DNA from: Kudoa neothunni
Taxonomy: Eukaryota > Animalia > Cnidaria
Assembly (NCBI GenBank): GCA_964304625.1
Contig: OZ199840.1
Span: 2,846,630-2,910,629 of the forward strand
Direction of reading: 5' to 3'
DNA: 64,000 bases
In this document: positions 1 to 12,409 of the stretch, piece after piece
Position numbering within the stretch: position 1 is the first letter of the stretch
How the letters are laid out: each line of letters opens with the position of its first letter
Made by a program: the position numbers and the translations under genes
Notes under the pieces: model-generated
Databases searched by the model: none
Told to the model about the DNA's origin: nothing
What the model saw: only the letters and a program-made list of their open reading frames with translations

Positions 1-671
1 GAACCTCAAACTGGGTCCAAACGTATAGGTAAGTTAACCTACATAGGTAAAAATGGTCGGCTCAAGACAGTGCACGCGGTCGATATTATCCCAACTATCC
101 CAACTAAAGAGGTAAATTCAGAATCTGAATATATTACACCTCCTGAACAAAGCGACAGCGAAGAAACATCGCAAAAGTTAAAATCGACCCTCAAACCATA
201 CGAAGAGCGAACGAAAAATAAAAGTTCCGGTTAAATATAAGGAATCAATTATTTTCCAAAGGAGATAGTGTTACGATCCCATTAAAATAAGGGATTAGAC
301 ATTTACGCCCCTAATACTCAATAGCAGCAACTGCATCCAATCGTCCAATCACTCCTACTATTAACTTAACCAATGTTGACATTGTTGAATTAACCCATCC
401 CTTACCACTAATTCTGATCATTTAGAATTAAACCAACGACCCCATCCTGATAATGAAGAGATAGATTGAGAAATGCCCATTAATAACAACGAAACAACAT
501 TAATTGTAATCAATCAATCACCTCTTAAACCACCCTTCAACTTTGGTACGTCAGTTCTACACAAAATTGTTGAGAGCGTTAAACCATAACCAATTACCAA
601 ATACGTTTCGGTTTGCAATAAAAATAACGTGATTTGTATTATTTTTATATCCAAATACCCCATATCTAACA
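1..671 (+). mobile_element. 3' end of an LTR retrotransposon (gypsy-like integrase tail, polypurine tract, 3' LTR 269-671)
   Basis: Degenerate integrase-tail-like peptides (RIGKLTY..TVHAVD; SERKIKVPVKY), then purine tract AAAGGAGATAG directly before TGTTA(269). The segment closes with TAACA(671), with AATAAA at ~617. Confidence 0.6.
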
Positions 672-806
672 GAAACCATAAGAATTCCAACCGAGGCGCA
701 ACACTAACTAAAATTTGCACAAGGACTTATAGTATTTCACGACCAGGATACAAATTGTCCGTGCATGTATCGCTTATGCCCAATCGAGATGCAAATATGT
801 TCAATT

Positions 807-2906
807 GGCATGCAAACACGCTTAAAAATGACGCAAAAAACTATGATAATGCCTTAAATTTATAACGAATGAACAATCTAATTGTTTATTTTTTCACTTC
901 TCAGACATGCTGAAAAATATGACTTGGAATGTTGAATATAACTTTGACAGTTGGCTTCTGAGACAACTCTTTGGCTTAATTCAATACATTTGAGCAGGTC
1001 TTAATGAGTTCTTTGGGCCTTCCTTTTCACTGCACACTTTAACTGATTGAAGACTTCCTCAATGGGATTGAGAAAGGGGAAATAAGGCGGCGCAATAGGA
1101 GTAATTTATGCCCGCTATTATTTATAATGCTCCTAACATCATCTGTTTTATGGAAAGCCACATTATCCATGATTATCAAGTATTTTTTGTTTTCTGTAGT
1201 CAAATCATGGAAAAGTTGGATTAAGAAGTCGCCGAAAACTGATTGACTTACACCACCTCATTGTAACTTAAAACCACATATTTTAGTGGTACTCATCAAC
1301 GCAATTAGGGTGATATTTTGCGATCTGATGGTTTTTACTCTTGAGTTGGCTCTTGTTCCACAAAGAGATCTACCTTGAGATCGACGTGTTGCCAAAGAAA
1401 ACCTGGACTCGTCAATGAAAATCATATCTGTGTATGCTGGCTCAAGGTTTATATAATTATTTTAAATAAAGTATAATTACTATATAAATTAAGCCTTAAT
1501 TATTTTGAATCTTAGAAGGATCATTCGTCAGTATTCATATCAATTTACACAAGAAAAATCTTCTAAGGGGTTTTTTAAAACTCATTAGGATTCATACTAT
1601 TATTTTTCTTCGCGATTGCATGCTAAACCATTTGAAAAAGTAACATAACAATTGATTGATAGATGAATTTTCGAGAATTTTGTAAACCGCACACGCAATT
1701 TAGCATCACATCCAGTGATGATTTGTGTTTGTGAAATATTCAAGATAATACTTCTAAAAACATAAGAGCCTATAAATTAACTCTTCCATCAACCAGAGCG
1801 GATATTATAATGACATGAGGCATTAATATTCGAAAATATAGTTAATGAAATAATGGTATAGAGTGGCATGACGAATCGACGAATATCAAGTGGTCTAGGC
1901 ATACATGAGGCTACAGTTAGTAGAATAATAAAAAAATGTAATAAGACTGGTTCTCATTGTCGAAAGGAAATTGGTGATGATCATCGCTCACTATTAAAAG
2001 AACATAAACAATTCATTCTTCATGCGATTGATGAAAATTGCACATTATCACTCATCCAATTAGCCGATAAAGTTTTCCAACGATATAATTTAAAAGTATC
2101 GAGAAAAACTATCCAGAGAACACTTGACAAGTTTCAATACACCCTTGAGAAGGTTTCTCTTGTCCCAACTGATAGGAAATCCCTAGAATAATCTCCTTGA
2201 AATTTGAGTAAACAAATCTTTGTCTTATCTAAATTATTATAATTTATTTAAAATAAATATATAAACCTTGAGCCAGCATACACAGATATGATTTTCATTG
2301 ACGAGTCCAGGTTTTCTTTGGCAACACGTCGATCTCAAGGTAGATCTCTTTGTGGAACAAGAGCCAACTCAAGAGTAAAAACCATCAGATCGCAAAATAT
2401 CACCCTAATTGCGTTGATGAGTACCACTAAAATATGTGGTTTTAAGTTACAATGAGGTGGTGTAAGTCAATCAGTTTTCGGCGACTTCTTAATCCAACTT
2501 TTCCATGATTTGACTACAGAAAACAAAAAATACTTGATAATCATGGATAATGTGGCTTTCCATAAAACAGATGATGTTAGGAGCATTATAAATAATAGCG
2601 GGCATAAATTACTCCTATTGCGCCGCCTTATTTCCCCTTTCTCAATCCCATTGAGGAAGTCTTCAATCAGTTAAAGTGTGCAGTGAAAAGGAAGGCCCAA
2701 AGAACTCATTAAGACCTGCTCAAATGTATTGAATTAAGCCAAAGAGTTGTCTCAGAAGCCAACTGTCAAAGTTATATTCAACATTCCAAGTCATATTTTT
2801 CAGCATGTCTGAGAAGTGAAAAAATAAACAATTAGATTGTTCATTCGTTATAAATTTAAGGCATTATCATAGTTTTTTGCGTCATTTTTAAGCGTGTTTG
2901 CATGCC
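807..2906. repeat. Long inverted repeat: arm 807-1455 is the reverse complement of arm 2258-2906 (649 bp, ~800 bp spacer)
   Basis: The coordinate sum 3713 holds at both arm ends, so there is no net indel. No mismatch was seen in the stretches compared by eye. Similarity decays abruptly outside the arms. Confidence 0.95.
1760..2835 (+). pseudogene. Disrupted IS630/Tc1-like DDE transposase (HTH + DDE), with two decayed introns
   Basis: HTH ORF 1868-2191 (LGIHEATVSRII). Downstream motifs MIFIDES, IMDNVAFHK and a frameshifted PYSPFLNPIEE. Multiple stops and frameshifts. Confidence 0.85.
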
Positions 2907-3059
2907 GATTGGACATAAATGCTACATGCGCTGACAGTTTGCATCTTGATCGTGAAATACTGCATTGCTTCCACAAGACATGTGGTCTCATTCATGATGA
3001 AATGATGAGTTTCATATAATCCTTTTGAAATTTTATGTAAAAAAATCTTTAATTCAAAA

Positions 3060-3770
3060 ACCCTCAAATACCTACCATCATTACTAAAAATTTAAATTTC
3101 GCTGAGTTTCATAAAGGAGTAATAACTGATCATTTCGCGATTTCTTCACTTAATCAAATGGATTCTCTTTTTGAGAATATTTTTCTGAAAAATTTAAAAT
3201 TTAGCACTCAAAATTGAAATGGATGATTGTTGACTTTGCTATTAAAACACTCTATTTCGATTATCTCAAAAATATATAAACTACTCATATGTTTGATTTT
3301 TTAATAAGCTGCTGGATCCCAGGACGTAAATACTCTCCTTCAACGTCTTCATTCAGGTTTTTACAGCTATCAAACTTCACAATCTATATTGTTTTTTTGG
3401 AGGAGGATGTAACGGCAAAACTATCCTACTTACCATTTTGATGTACGTTATTGGTGAATACTTTGGTATTTTAAGTAATTGTTTCCTATGCAAGACTAAA
3501 TAATAAGCCCAATCCAGCGGATCCTAGGCATGTTACACCCCAGAATAAGATGTTGCGTGCTATACTTGAACTGATTGCAAATTATTTTGACGCCTCCCTA
3601 ATAAGGGCTTTTACCAGAGGGGATTATGTTACATACAGAGATCTATATTCCAATGATATGATAAGTTTTAAAAATAGCTAAAATAATCATTGTTTTTAAT
3701 AATATTCCACACTTGTTAGCAAGAGATAAGGGTTTGGCGCGAAGAATTAGACAGAACTTTTAAGAATAAA
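3060..3770 (+). pseudogene. Decayed D5-like (SF3) primase-helicase fragment, viral/Polinton-like
   Basis: Walker A GGGCNGKT (3399-3422) followed by ILLTILMYVIGEY, then DASLIRAFTRGDYVTYRDLY and IIIVFNNIPHLLARDKGLARRIR. These match the D5 pattern GxGxNGKS..KxLTGGDxIxARxLY..NxLP..DxGxWRR. Confidence 0.7.
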
Positions 3771-4149
3771 TTTTTGAATGGGTGTGAGGAAATGAAGGTA
3801 TTAGTATAGGGTATTTCGAGCTTTACTGACATTTGTGTAATTTTAGCTTTAATTAAGTTCATACTATAAATTAATTGAATAAAAATAATAATATGTGGTA
3901 AAAAATTAGCGTAACATGTTAGTTTAATATTTGTGAACTTTGCAACCAGATATTAGCGACGATTCTCAAACAAAATTTAAGAGACAAACAATAAGTGACC
4001 GAAATAGGGAAATGATTGTCAAACAGTGTGAATTGTGTCACAGCGATATCTAATTGCTGAAAATGTTGTAGTTAAGAGACAAACTGTTGCTTCAATTATA
4101 GTCATACCTTCTCGATGAAAAATAAAGTCACTAAAAAGGGATGTGACTT

Positions 4150-4611
4150 TTCTTCAAAACTCAGAGAAAATTGAAAGTTGCAGATTAGAAAATGGGTGGA
4201 TAAGTAAGTCATCATTACCCCTAAGAATCTCCGCCTAAAATTATTAGACGAATGTGGCGTGAGTATTAGCACAATACATAGGTGCCTTATAAAATTTCAT
4301 TATTCTTTATAAATGCTCACAATTGTTTCTTAACGTAGAAACTCTGACGATATAATGTACAAACGTTTTGAGTACGCCCAAGAGTTTAATTCAAAACTGC
4401 TTTAGGCAGAAGAAAAAAACTTTGTTTATATTGACGAAGATGATATTAATGTATCTTCCAGGTACAAGACAAGCCGTTCATTTTCTGGTACATCCGCATA
4501 CGTAAACGTAGAAGTTGTCAAATCAAGAAACATATCTGGCATAGCAGCGATGAACAAGTATGACATGGTGCTATATAAAATAAATCGAGGACCAGTAAAT
4601 GGTGAAGAATT
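4150..4611 (+). pseudogene. IS630/Tc1-like transposase fragment, truncated by the adjacent MULE
   Basis: Translates IDEDDINVSSRYKTSRSFSGTSAYVNVEVVKSRNISGIAAMNKY..RGPVNGEE, clearly homologous to the 15471 ORF. Confidence 0.8.
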
Positions 4612-6215
4612 AGGAGTTCTAAGGCGAACGTTCGCCGATAATGACGCACGCGCAAATAAAAAAATGTTTTTGTTAAGCAATACATTATTTATAGGGAAGA
4701 AAACACATTTTCAATAACATAAAAATAATTACTCTAACTTCCAAGAATAAGTTTTAGATATAATATAGCCTCTAAATAATATAGTCCGTAGTATTTTGTA
4801 TAATTTTGGCAGATTGTTTTTAATTTGTTAAGGTTTTCTAAATATTTAATGTTTTCATTGGAAGATTTCGAGTTACACATTAGAAATTCAATATCTCGCT
4901 CAACGAGATTTTGGGCTTCTTTTAACTTTCCAGAAAAATTGACTGACCTGAATGACTGACTGATCAAATCGAGAATAAAAATGACGATGTAAAAGTTCTG
5001 CAGATCTCGTTGTAAGATCAATATCATTGATGATTCTTTCAAAATTGTTCCGTATATTTTGACTATGACTATATTTGGAGTATTTATTAAAAAAATTCAA
5101 AATATTCTATTAATAGAGCTATGTTAATGTTAGCAAAATAATTTGACCTATTTTTAATTTAAGAAATTCGTCAGCAATACTAGAAATGAGTACAAAAAAT
5201 AACAAAATGAAACACTTAATATACAACTTAAAATCACTGTTATGTAGATAAAATGCCATAAGACCTAGATTTTGTATTTTTCGCCAAATACATAAGCTAA
5301 AATGAAACATGGAAAAATATATATTAGCATTTTGTGGAACATTCTTGAAAGCGTTAAAAGCTGACTGTTCCAGATCAAATACTAAATTCTGAGGAAAACA
5401 TATGGATAATTTATTACGTAAAATATTGAAAACATTTTCGTATAATGATTGAGTTTTCCCAGTCATCAAGACAAATACTAAAGGTAAGAATTTTCCCATT
5501 ATTCTGCCATAGATGATATACAACTGATAGAAAACTTCAGGAACAACAGTAAACGTACCGCCTGCCAACCATACATTTGTATTATTCAGATGTTGAATAT
5601 TCTTATCGGTCGTAAAAATTATGATTCTATCGCTGCTAAAGATCCATAATCATTAAAGCAAAAAGTTTCGTTTCTTAAGGTAAGTTAGCATTTGCCCAGT
5701 TGCTTTCGGTATTGACATCTATTTACTTTTTTCTACGAATATTCTGAATATTTTTGTAAATGTTTCTTTTATTAAGTATCGGTAACTCATTCAGACTATT
5801 CTGAGTCGTACACAGAAATTTCACCTTATTTGTGTCGTATTGTGTATTCTCAGAAACAATGCGAATTTTTCCTTCAAAAATACTTTTATTTATGTCATCC
5901 TCTATCAAACATCGTTATGGATTCCAAGTCCTTCAAGTCTATCAATCCCGTTAATCGATACAGTCCACAGGCGTTCTTTACAACCTCTTTTGTCGCATCT
6001 CCATAATTGATGGTATCTACATTTTTTATCCCTGACATAAATATTGCCTGCAAGATATTTTATCGTCTCCGCGTATCGTTTTGAGCATGGTGAATGAGTT
6101 TTCATTCTGTTCCATTTTGAGAGTTAAGCACGCGCAATCATATGTGAGCTGAATGCGCATAAAATAATGACAATTGCGCATGCACATAAGTCGGCGAAAA
6201 TTCGCCGTATCATGA
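4612..6215 (-). mobile_element. Degenerate Mutator-like element (MULE)
   Basis: Minus-strand fragments WRCDKRGC (FLYWCH-like), W.AGGTFTVVPEVFYQLYII, VFDLEQS and FHFSLCIWRKIQ. Imperfect TIRs GGCGAACGTTCGCCGA (left) and the reverse complement GGCGAATTTTCGCCGA (right). Confidence 0.85.
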
Positions 6216-6224
6216 TTCATTCCC

Positions 6225-6800
6225 TATTAAAGTCCACTTTGACCAATTGTGATGAATGGATTATATCCATTAATAATACCATATATATGGCAACGCTACA
6301 AATAATCGTTTAGAATCCTTGAATGGTTATTTAAAAGACGTAATAAAAAAATGTTCAACTTTAAGTGACATTTTAAAATGATTTTTTGATGCATTTATTC
6401 GATGAGAATTGAAAGATACAATAAGATTGCTTCAGATTTAATGAGAAGTAATCCTATTTATGAACTGAATTCAACTCAAAGGTCATACTTTGAGCTTTTG
6501 TGTCATTTCGCTTTTGAAATTATTAATGAAGAGCTAACATTAATGAGTAAAGAATGTGGACGAAACATATCATTAATAAACGTTCGTGTTTATTAAATAG
6601 ATCATATAATTTACCATGTGGGCACATTTTGTGTACGAGAGCAATGAACTTAGTACCCGTGTTTGAATCAACCTTTTGCCACAAGATGGACAAGAGATTA
6701 TGCTAGTGAATTCATCCATGGAACAATATTCATTAGCATTATCAAACTTAAATGCAATGCCTTAACTATTAAAGAAACCCTTCCAACAAATTTAGTAACA
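6225..6800 (+). pseudogene. 3' fragment of a SWIM-type MULE transposase
   Basis: GNATNNRLESLNGYLK, NLPCGHIL (SWIM zinc-finger tail) and RWTRDY motifs. Confidence 0.65.
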
Positions 6801-6810
6801 TTTTCGAAGC

Positions 6811-8272
6811 GGGAAAGGAGAAGATAAGTTTGCACTACGCTCGCAGTACATGAACGCGCGTTGGGTTATAATGTCGGAGCAACTTAGTGAATCTAAGTAT
6901 CGAATAATCAAAATTCAAAGAAATTCTGAGATTCTTTTTTATCAGAATTACTTTACACTAAATATCATCCGGGTAAGGTTTCACAATTCTGGAGAAGTCA
7001 AAACAGGAAGTACCCTGGAAAAATTTCGATGTCACCATTGGATCAAATCGATAAATTTGAAATCGTCAAAGAGCATAATCATGTTTTATCTGATAACTAT
7101 ATTTCAAAGATGTTTTTTCGGCCAATATTAAAAATTTTTCGGAAATTAGTTCGTGTTCCACCCATAAAGTTTATTCATTTGCAACAAGCAGTGTAAAATT
7201 GTGCGATCTACCAATCTTAAATAAAAATCACCTCTACAAAAAATTTTCTGGAACTTCAAATAAAGACCCTTCGTGGTCAAAATTTTTGTCTGACTCAGGA
7301 GTAGAAACCCCGGACATAATAGTACTAATGACTACTGATGAGAATCTTGAACATTTACAAAATTCATCAGTGATGACTGCGGATGGTACTTTTAAGGTCT
7401 GCCAAAGAGAATTTCTTCAACTATATGTTATACATAGTAAAATGTTTTCGAATGTTTATCCATTGATATACATATTAATAAAAACGAAGAGAGTGATTAT
7501 TTGAAGGCAATAAACATTATTAAAAGTAAGTTTGATAATAGCTTCCCAAATTATACAATTATTTATTTTGAGGTGGCTGCATATGTTGTTTTTTAAGCAA
7601 CAAAATCTAAGATATACTTTTTCTTATTTCCTTTTGGCCAATATATTTTTAGAAAAATTCAAAAGTTAGGCTTAGCTAATGATTATAATCAGAATAACGA
7701 ATTTAAATTTTTGGTTAAATGCCTTACCTCTGTATCATTTGTTACACCCAATATGTAGAAATGGAGTATCAGAAGGTTCTAAGAAAATCTAGAATTTACA
7801 AATATTAATCTTGTTCTGTTTTTCAACTATTTCGAAAAAAAAATTCTAAAAGAGACCAAATATCCTATCGAGTGTTGGGACGTTTACGAAAGAGTTATGG
7901 AAGATATACATTTAACTTCAAACAACGAAGAAACGTTTAACCGTCATTTTCGTGATAAATTCGATCAACACCAGCCAGGTCTTTCAACATTTTTTGAAAA
8001 ATTAAAGGTTAATCAAGGTAATGTTGAGAATGACATCGAATGCCACATGCTTAATGTGACACGCATTACCGATATTACGTATAGGTGAAAATTAGGCTCT
8101 CTTAAAGAAATTTGCAAAAATAATCATTCGTATTATATTGACATACGTTCAACTTATAACCAAAATATATTCTTGGAAATTAACCGATTAACTTATGTAT
8201 AGTTCATCTATTATCGTTCAAAATATTGTGTATTCATTTGCGCGTGCGTATTCAAGGTTTCTCAGTTTTCTC
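6811..8272 (+). mobile_element. Degenerate MULE
   Basis: ADGTFKVCQREFLQLYVIH, FPFGQYIFRKIQKLGL and TSNNEETFNRHF motifs. Weak terminal inverted similarity, so boundaries are approximate. Confidence 0.8.
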
Positions 8273-8342
8273 TTTATAGATTACTAATTAATATTTTAAT
8301 ACATGTTCCGCTCTTTTAATATTATCTCATGAGAGAGATTAA

Positions 8343-11300
8343 CCTTCCTTGTACTAACCTTAAAACAAAACGCATGTGCCTGACGGGGTATTTCTTGACC
8401 CCAGAATAAATATGCGTTAGGTTTATTCAATTTAACTCAAATTTTTATATTGTAGAGAGTATACTTATCTTAACAATTCAAAATTAAATAGAAAGCGGAT
8501 CGTTGTTTATACAGCTTGCTACATGAATTTATCTATCAGAAATATTATTAGTATAATACAGTGTTTCAAGTTCAAGATGCATTCACATCCGATCATGAAG
8601 AAAATCTTATAGGTTCAGCTGATGTAATAATTAATTCAACCGTGAAAAAAAGAAAATATAACAAAACAAATATGACTTCACGAGATTTAATTCTAAATTT
8701 ATCAGAAGTTGGTTATTTTTAATTAATTAGCTATATGACTTTAAGGAAAAAGTCCCAACTAAACAAATCGCCAATTATGTTGGAGTTCATCCAACTACTG
8801 TCCCAAGAATTCTTAATTTGAAGGATTCTACGGGAAACGTGGAAAAGAAAAAAAAGGGAGGCAACCGACGTCAATTATTATACGACGAACATAAACAATT
8901 CCCAAAACAACTTGTTGACGACGATTGCACTATAACATTAACATCTTTAGGGGAAATGCTAATGTTCTTGAAGGATTTCACTATTCACTAAAAAAAATTT
9001 TCATAGTTCCTGTTGGCAGAAATCTACCCGAGAATATAGAGAAAAGAAAAAAGTAAATTATATATAATAAATTAAAATGAAATCTAAATTAGTTATATAA
9101 ATTATCTTCAACAAAAGTCAAAAAACTATTCCCTTGTTCTCTATATTGATGAAGCAGGATTCTCTTTATCAATGAGACGCTTTTTTGGAAGGTCCCCTGT
9201 TGGATCTAGAGCAAATTTAATTGTGTGAACCGTCCGCTCCAAAAATATTACATTGATAGCCGCAATGAGCTCCCAGAAAGTATGGTCAACCAAAGTACAC
9301 GAAGGCTCAGTAAATGAAAGTATATTTTCAGAATATTTAATCCAACTTTTCATGGATCTTGTGGCAGAAACAAATCACTCGATTCTGTTTCTACCGCCAT
9401 ATTCCCCGTTCCTTAACCCGATCGAGGAACTTTTCAACCAGTTAAAAATAATAGTAAGATATAAGAATCCAACAAACAAAACTGAACTCATAGAGGCGAT
9501 AAAATCTAGCCCGAATGATGTGACGTTTGCACAATGTCAAAACTATTGCACTCATGCGGAGAGTTATTTCCCACGATGCTTAAATAACGAAGTTGTTGAA
9601 AATTAATTTATTGTTTCGATATTTAGTAATTACCTATTTTTTTAAATAATGCATCTTGATCGGACATCGATGCATCTTGAACTTGAAACACTGTATCAAA
9701 CTGAGAGCACAGACATGTATTTTTTTCTTCTCAAACAATCACTAATGGTGATTTGCATCACCAAATAGCCTGAAAACTTAGGAGAAGTGAACAATGAGGC
9801 GGTAAACACCAGACACGCTTATCAATGTGTAGACAATTCCTAGGCAATAGTCGTAGCGATTCGGTAAAATTAAGGATCAGTGTTATTTATCAGATGGATC
9901 GATATTCTACTAAACCAATACGCATAATATTTCATTTTGATATTTATTAATAGTTAGTACGTAGAAGAAATTTTAAAATGAAATTTGTGTTACTTCCATT
10001 TAATAATTAAGTCTGGTTAGAATAACTTTCATTGACAAAATTTAAGAGTAGAATATATTTATGTAAAATACAGTTTTAAAATTATTTTGTTGGTTATGCA
10101 ACTATTTATTATAATTAAAAATTGAGTTTCCAACATTATTCCGCAAAATTATAATAATGTATTTTTAAGACTTAAGTCAAACAAGGCGAACAAAAAAATT
10201 CGATAGACTTAGACTAATCACGATAAACAAAAATTCAATCCAAGAAATTAAAACAATCAGAAAAATAAGCAACGCTTATAATTTTTCTATCTTTTCCGCA
10301 GATAAACTTGGAACAATTAAAACATTTTATGGTCGATTTTTGGTCCTCACTTCGTTGGAAAAAATAACACCATTCCTCTTTTATTGTTGAATGGAATTTG
10401 CGTCACTTGCCATAGAATCATGAGTACTGTTGGATATAGGAAAAAACTGAAAACCTCATTTTATGTGTCTCTGAAGTGTAACTGAATTGTCTTGACGATA
10501 CGCTAAATGCTATATGGGATGGTGCCAATTGTATTGCGAGTTCAAGGAGGAAATACTGAGGTTTGCTTCGGTCATTCTTCCTCCACTCAGGATTTTTTTC
10601 TGTCCAAATGATGTATGAATTTAATTCAGCCATATCGATTTCATCCATTAAGATTTTGAATGGCCATCTACAGGTGGTACGCGAACAAATGTACAATAAG
10701 GTCATTTTGTCACCGTTATCAATCCCACCTTTAGTTTTATTGTACAATAATGTATCATTTGGCCTTTTTCGATGATTCTTACACGGATGCATCATGACAT
10801 TCGGTACATGGTATGTTAACCGTGCAATTCATTTTGAGACATAAGATGTCAAGGTTAAATCTCCAGAAAATCCAAAAATAGAAGAGAAGGCTTCCCGTTG
10901 GGACGATTTAAGTAACTCTTTTGGAATATCTCGTTTATTTGATCCCAAAATTCTAATCAAAGTAATATTTTTATCAAGTAACTTTTTTGCAAGGGTAAAA
11001 GAGGTGAAGAAGTTGTCAACTGTTACGCCACGGCCAGTTCCATAATAGGGTACGACAAGTTCAGAGACAACTTTCTCCCTGACTTACTTCTCGAGTTCTG
11101 TTAATCTTTCCAGTATATGGACCAACATTTAATAAATAAGAGGCATTAACATCAGCACAAACCCAAAGTTTAATTCCATAACGTCCCGGCTTTCTTTTGA
11201 TATAAACTCGGAAGGGGCATCTACCTCGAAACCGAACTAGCCTTTCATCTACCGTCATGTATGCATCTGGGTAAAAAAAAATTTCTGCATTTTTCATTAA

Positions 11301-12409
11301 ACAATTTGAAAATTTTTGACAAGGTTCAAATTTATCACTTGTTTGTTGAAAACAAGCAGACCTTGTTGATTTATCATCAAATCGAAATTTCCTATAAATA
11401 CAAGAGAACCGATCTCGAGGCATTACAACAGAAAAAAATGATTGTTTAAACAGTGGATGAGTATCCCAAAAATTTTTAAGAGCTAAAACTTTACCGTAAG
11501 AGCATCCCGCAGCAATTAAAATGCCCATAAAGGCCAATAATTCATTGGTAGATATTTCTACGTGGTTAGTAGGATCAGTTCCTTCACAATATTTACTATT
11601 GCACATTGTTATTTTATCAATCATATTGTTACAAACAAATAAATCGAAGGCATCACATATTTTTTATGGTTTTTGCTTTCCCCAAAATCCCGGAGATGAA
11701 GTAACAATATTATGAGAACGACTTTTAGATTTGTACGCATCGTTGTAGACCATTCAAGACCAGATGGAGCAATATATGTAGAATCGTTGTTTTCACATAA
11801 GTGAGAATAATCAATATCATCAGATGAAATATCATCGCTCTCTAGATCATCGATAACACAGTCATCTTGATCCAAATCATATGATTCCGAAAATTCATAA
11901 TCAGAGCTTTGCTCTTTATCTGTTGAAGATTCTTCGATGAGTTTTTCTAGATCTTCGAAATTCTTGTTTAGTCTCATACTAAAACTTAAATATTACATCA
12001 AGAATTTATAAAAAAATATGGTTACGCCAACTTGTGAAAGCGAAAAACACTGGAATTATTAGTCGGATTCATTATCATTAATCCACTGTGGATTATATTC
12101 AGAAATAAACATTATTTTTCATTATTTTCTTTCTCATTTGAATTAAAAATTTAGATTATAAATGGATAAAATAATATTTATATTACAAATGTGAAGTTTA
12201 ATAAATAATACAATTAATATGAAAAGGGTTAAAAAATCTAAATCTTATTTTATGCTTTAATCTTTTTTCAATAGACGAGAAATTTTTTTCCCAGCTGAAT
12301 ATATACTTAATATAAGAAGTTTCAAAATAAATAGCCATTAATACATTGAATTAGAAACAAAAAATATTCAATTTGGGGTCTTTCAATACCCCAGTCAGGA
12401 CAGGCAAGG
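8343..12409 (-). mobile_element. piggyBac element with disrupted transposase (~10250-11977)
   Basis: TTAA on both sides. Ends CCTTCCTTGTACTAAC and (reverse complement) CCTTGCCTGTCCTGAC, plus a shared internal repeat CTGAC(T)GGGGTATT..GACCCC. Transposase motifs TVDERLVRFRGRCPFRVYIKRKPGRYGIK, VTVDNFFTS and YNKTKGGIDNGD. Confidence 0.9.
8559..9693 (+). mobile_element. IS630/Tc1-like element with two introns, inserted in the piggyBac
   Basis: TIR CAGTGTTTCAAGTTCAAGATGCAT at both ends with TA TSD. Motifs YIDEAG and LPPYSPFLNPIEE. An internal deletion removes the second catalytic D. Confidence 0.92.

Larger units (their letters stand above)
730..2962 (+). mobile_element. IS630/Tc1-like DNA transposon unit with a large internal fold-back
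   Basis: Left terminus TAGTATTTCACGACCAGGATACAAA (730) matches the reverse complement of the right terminus, CAGTATTTCACGATCAAGATGCAAA (ends 2962). TA flanks the left end and CA the right. Confidence 0.8.
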
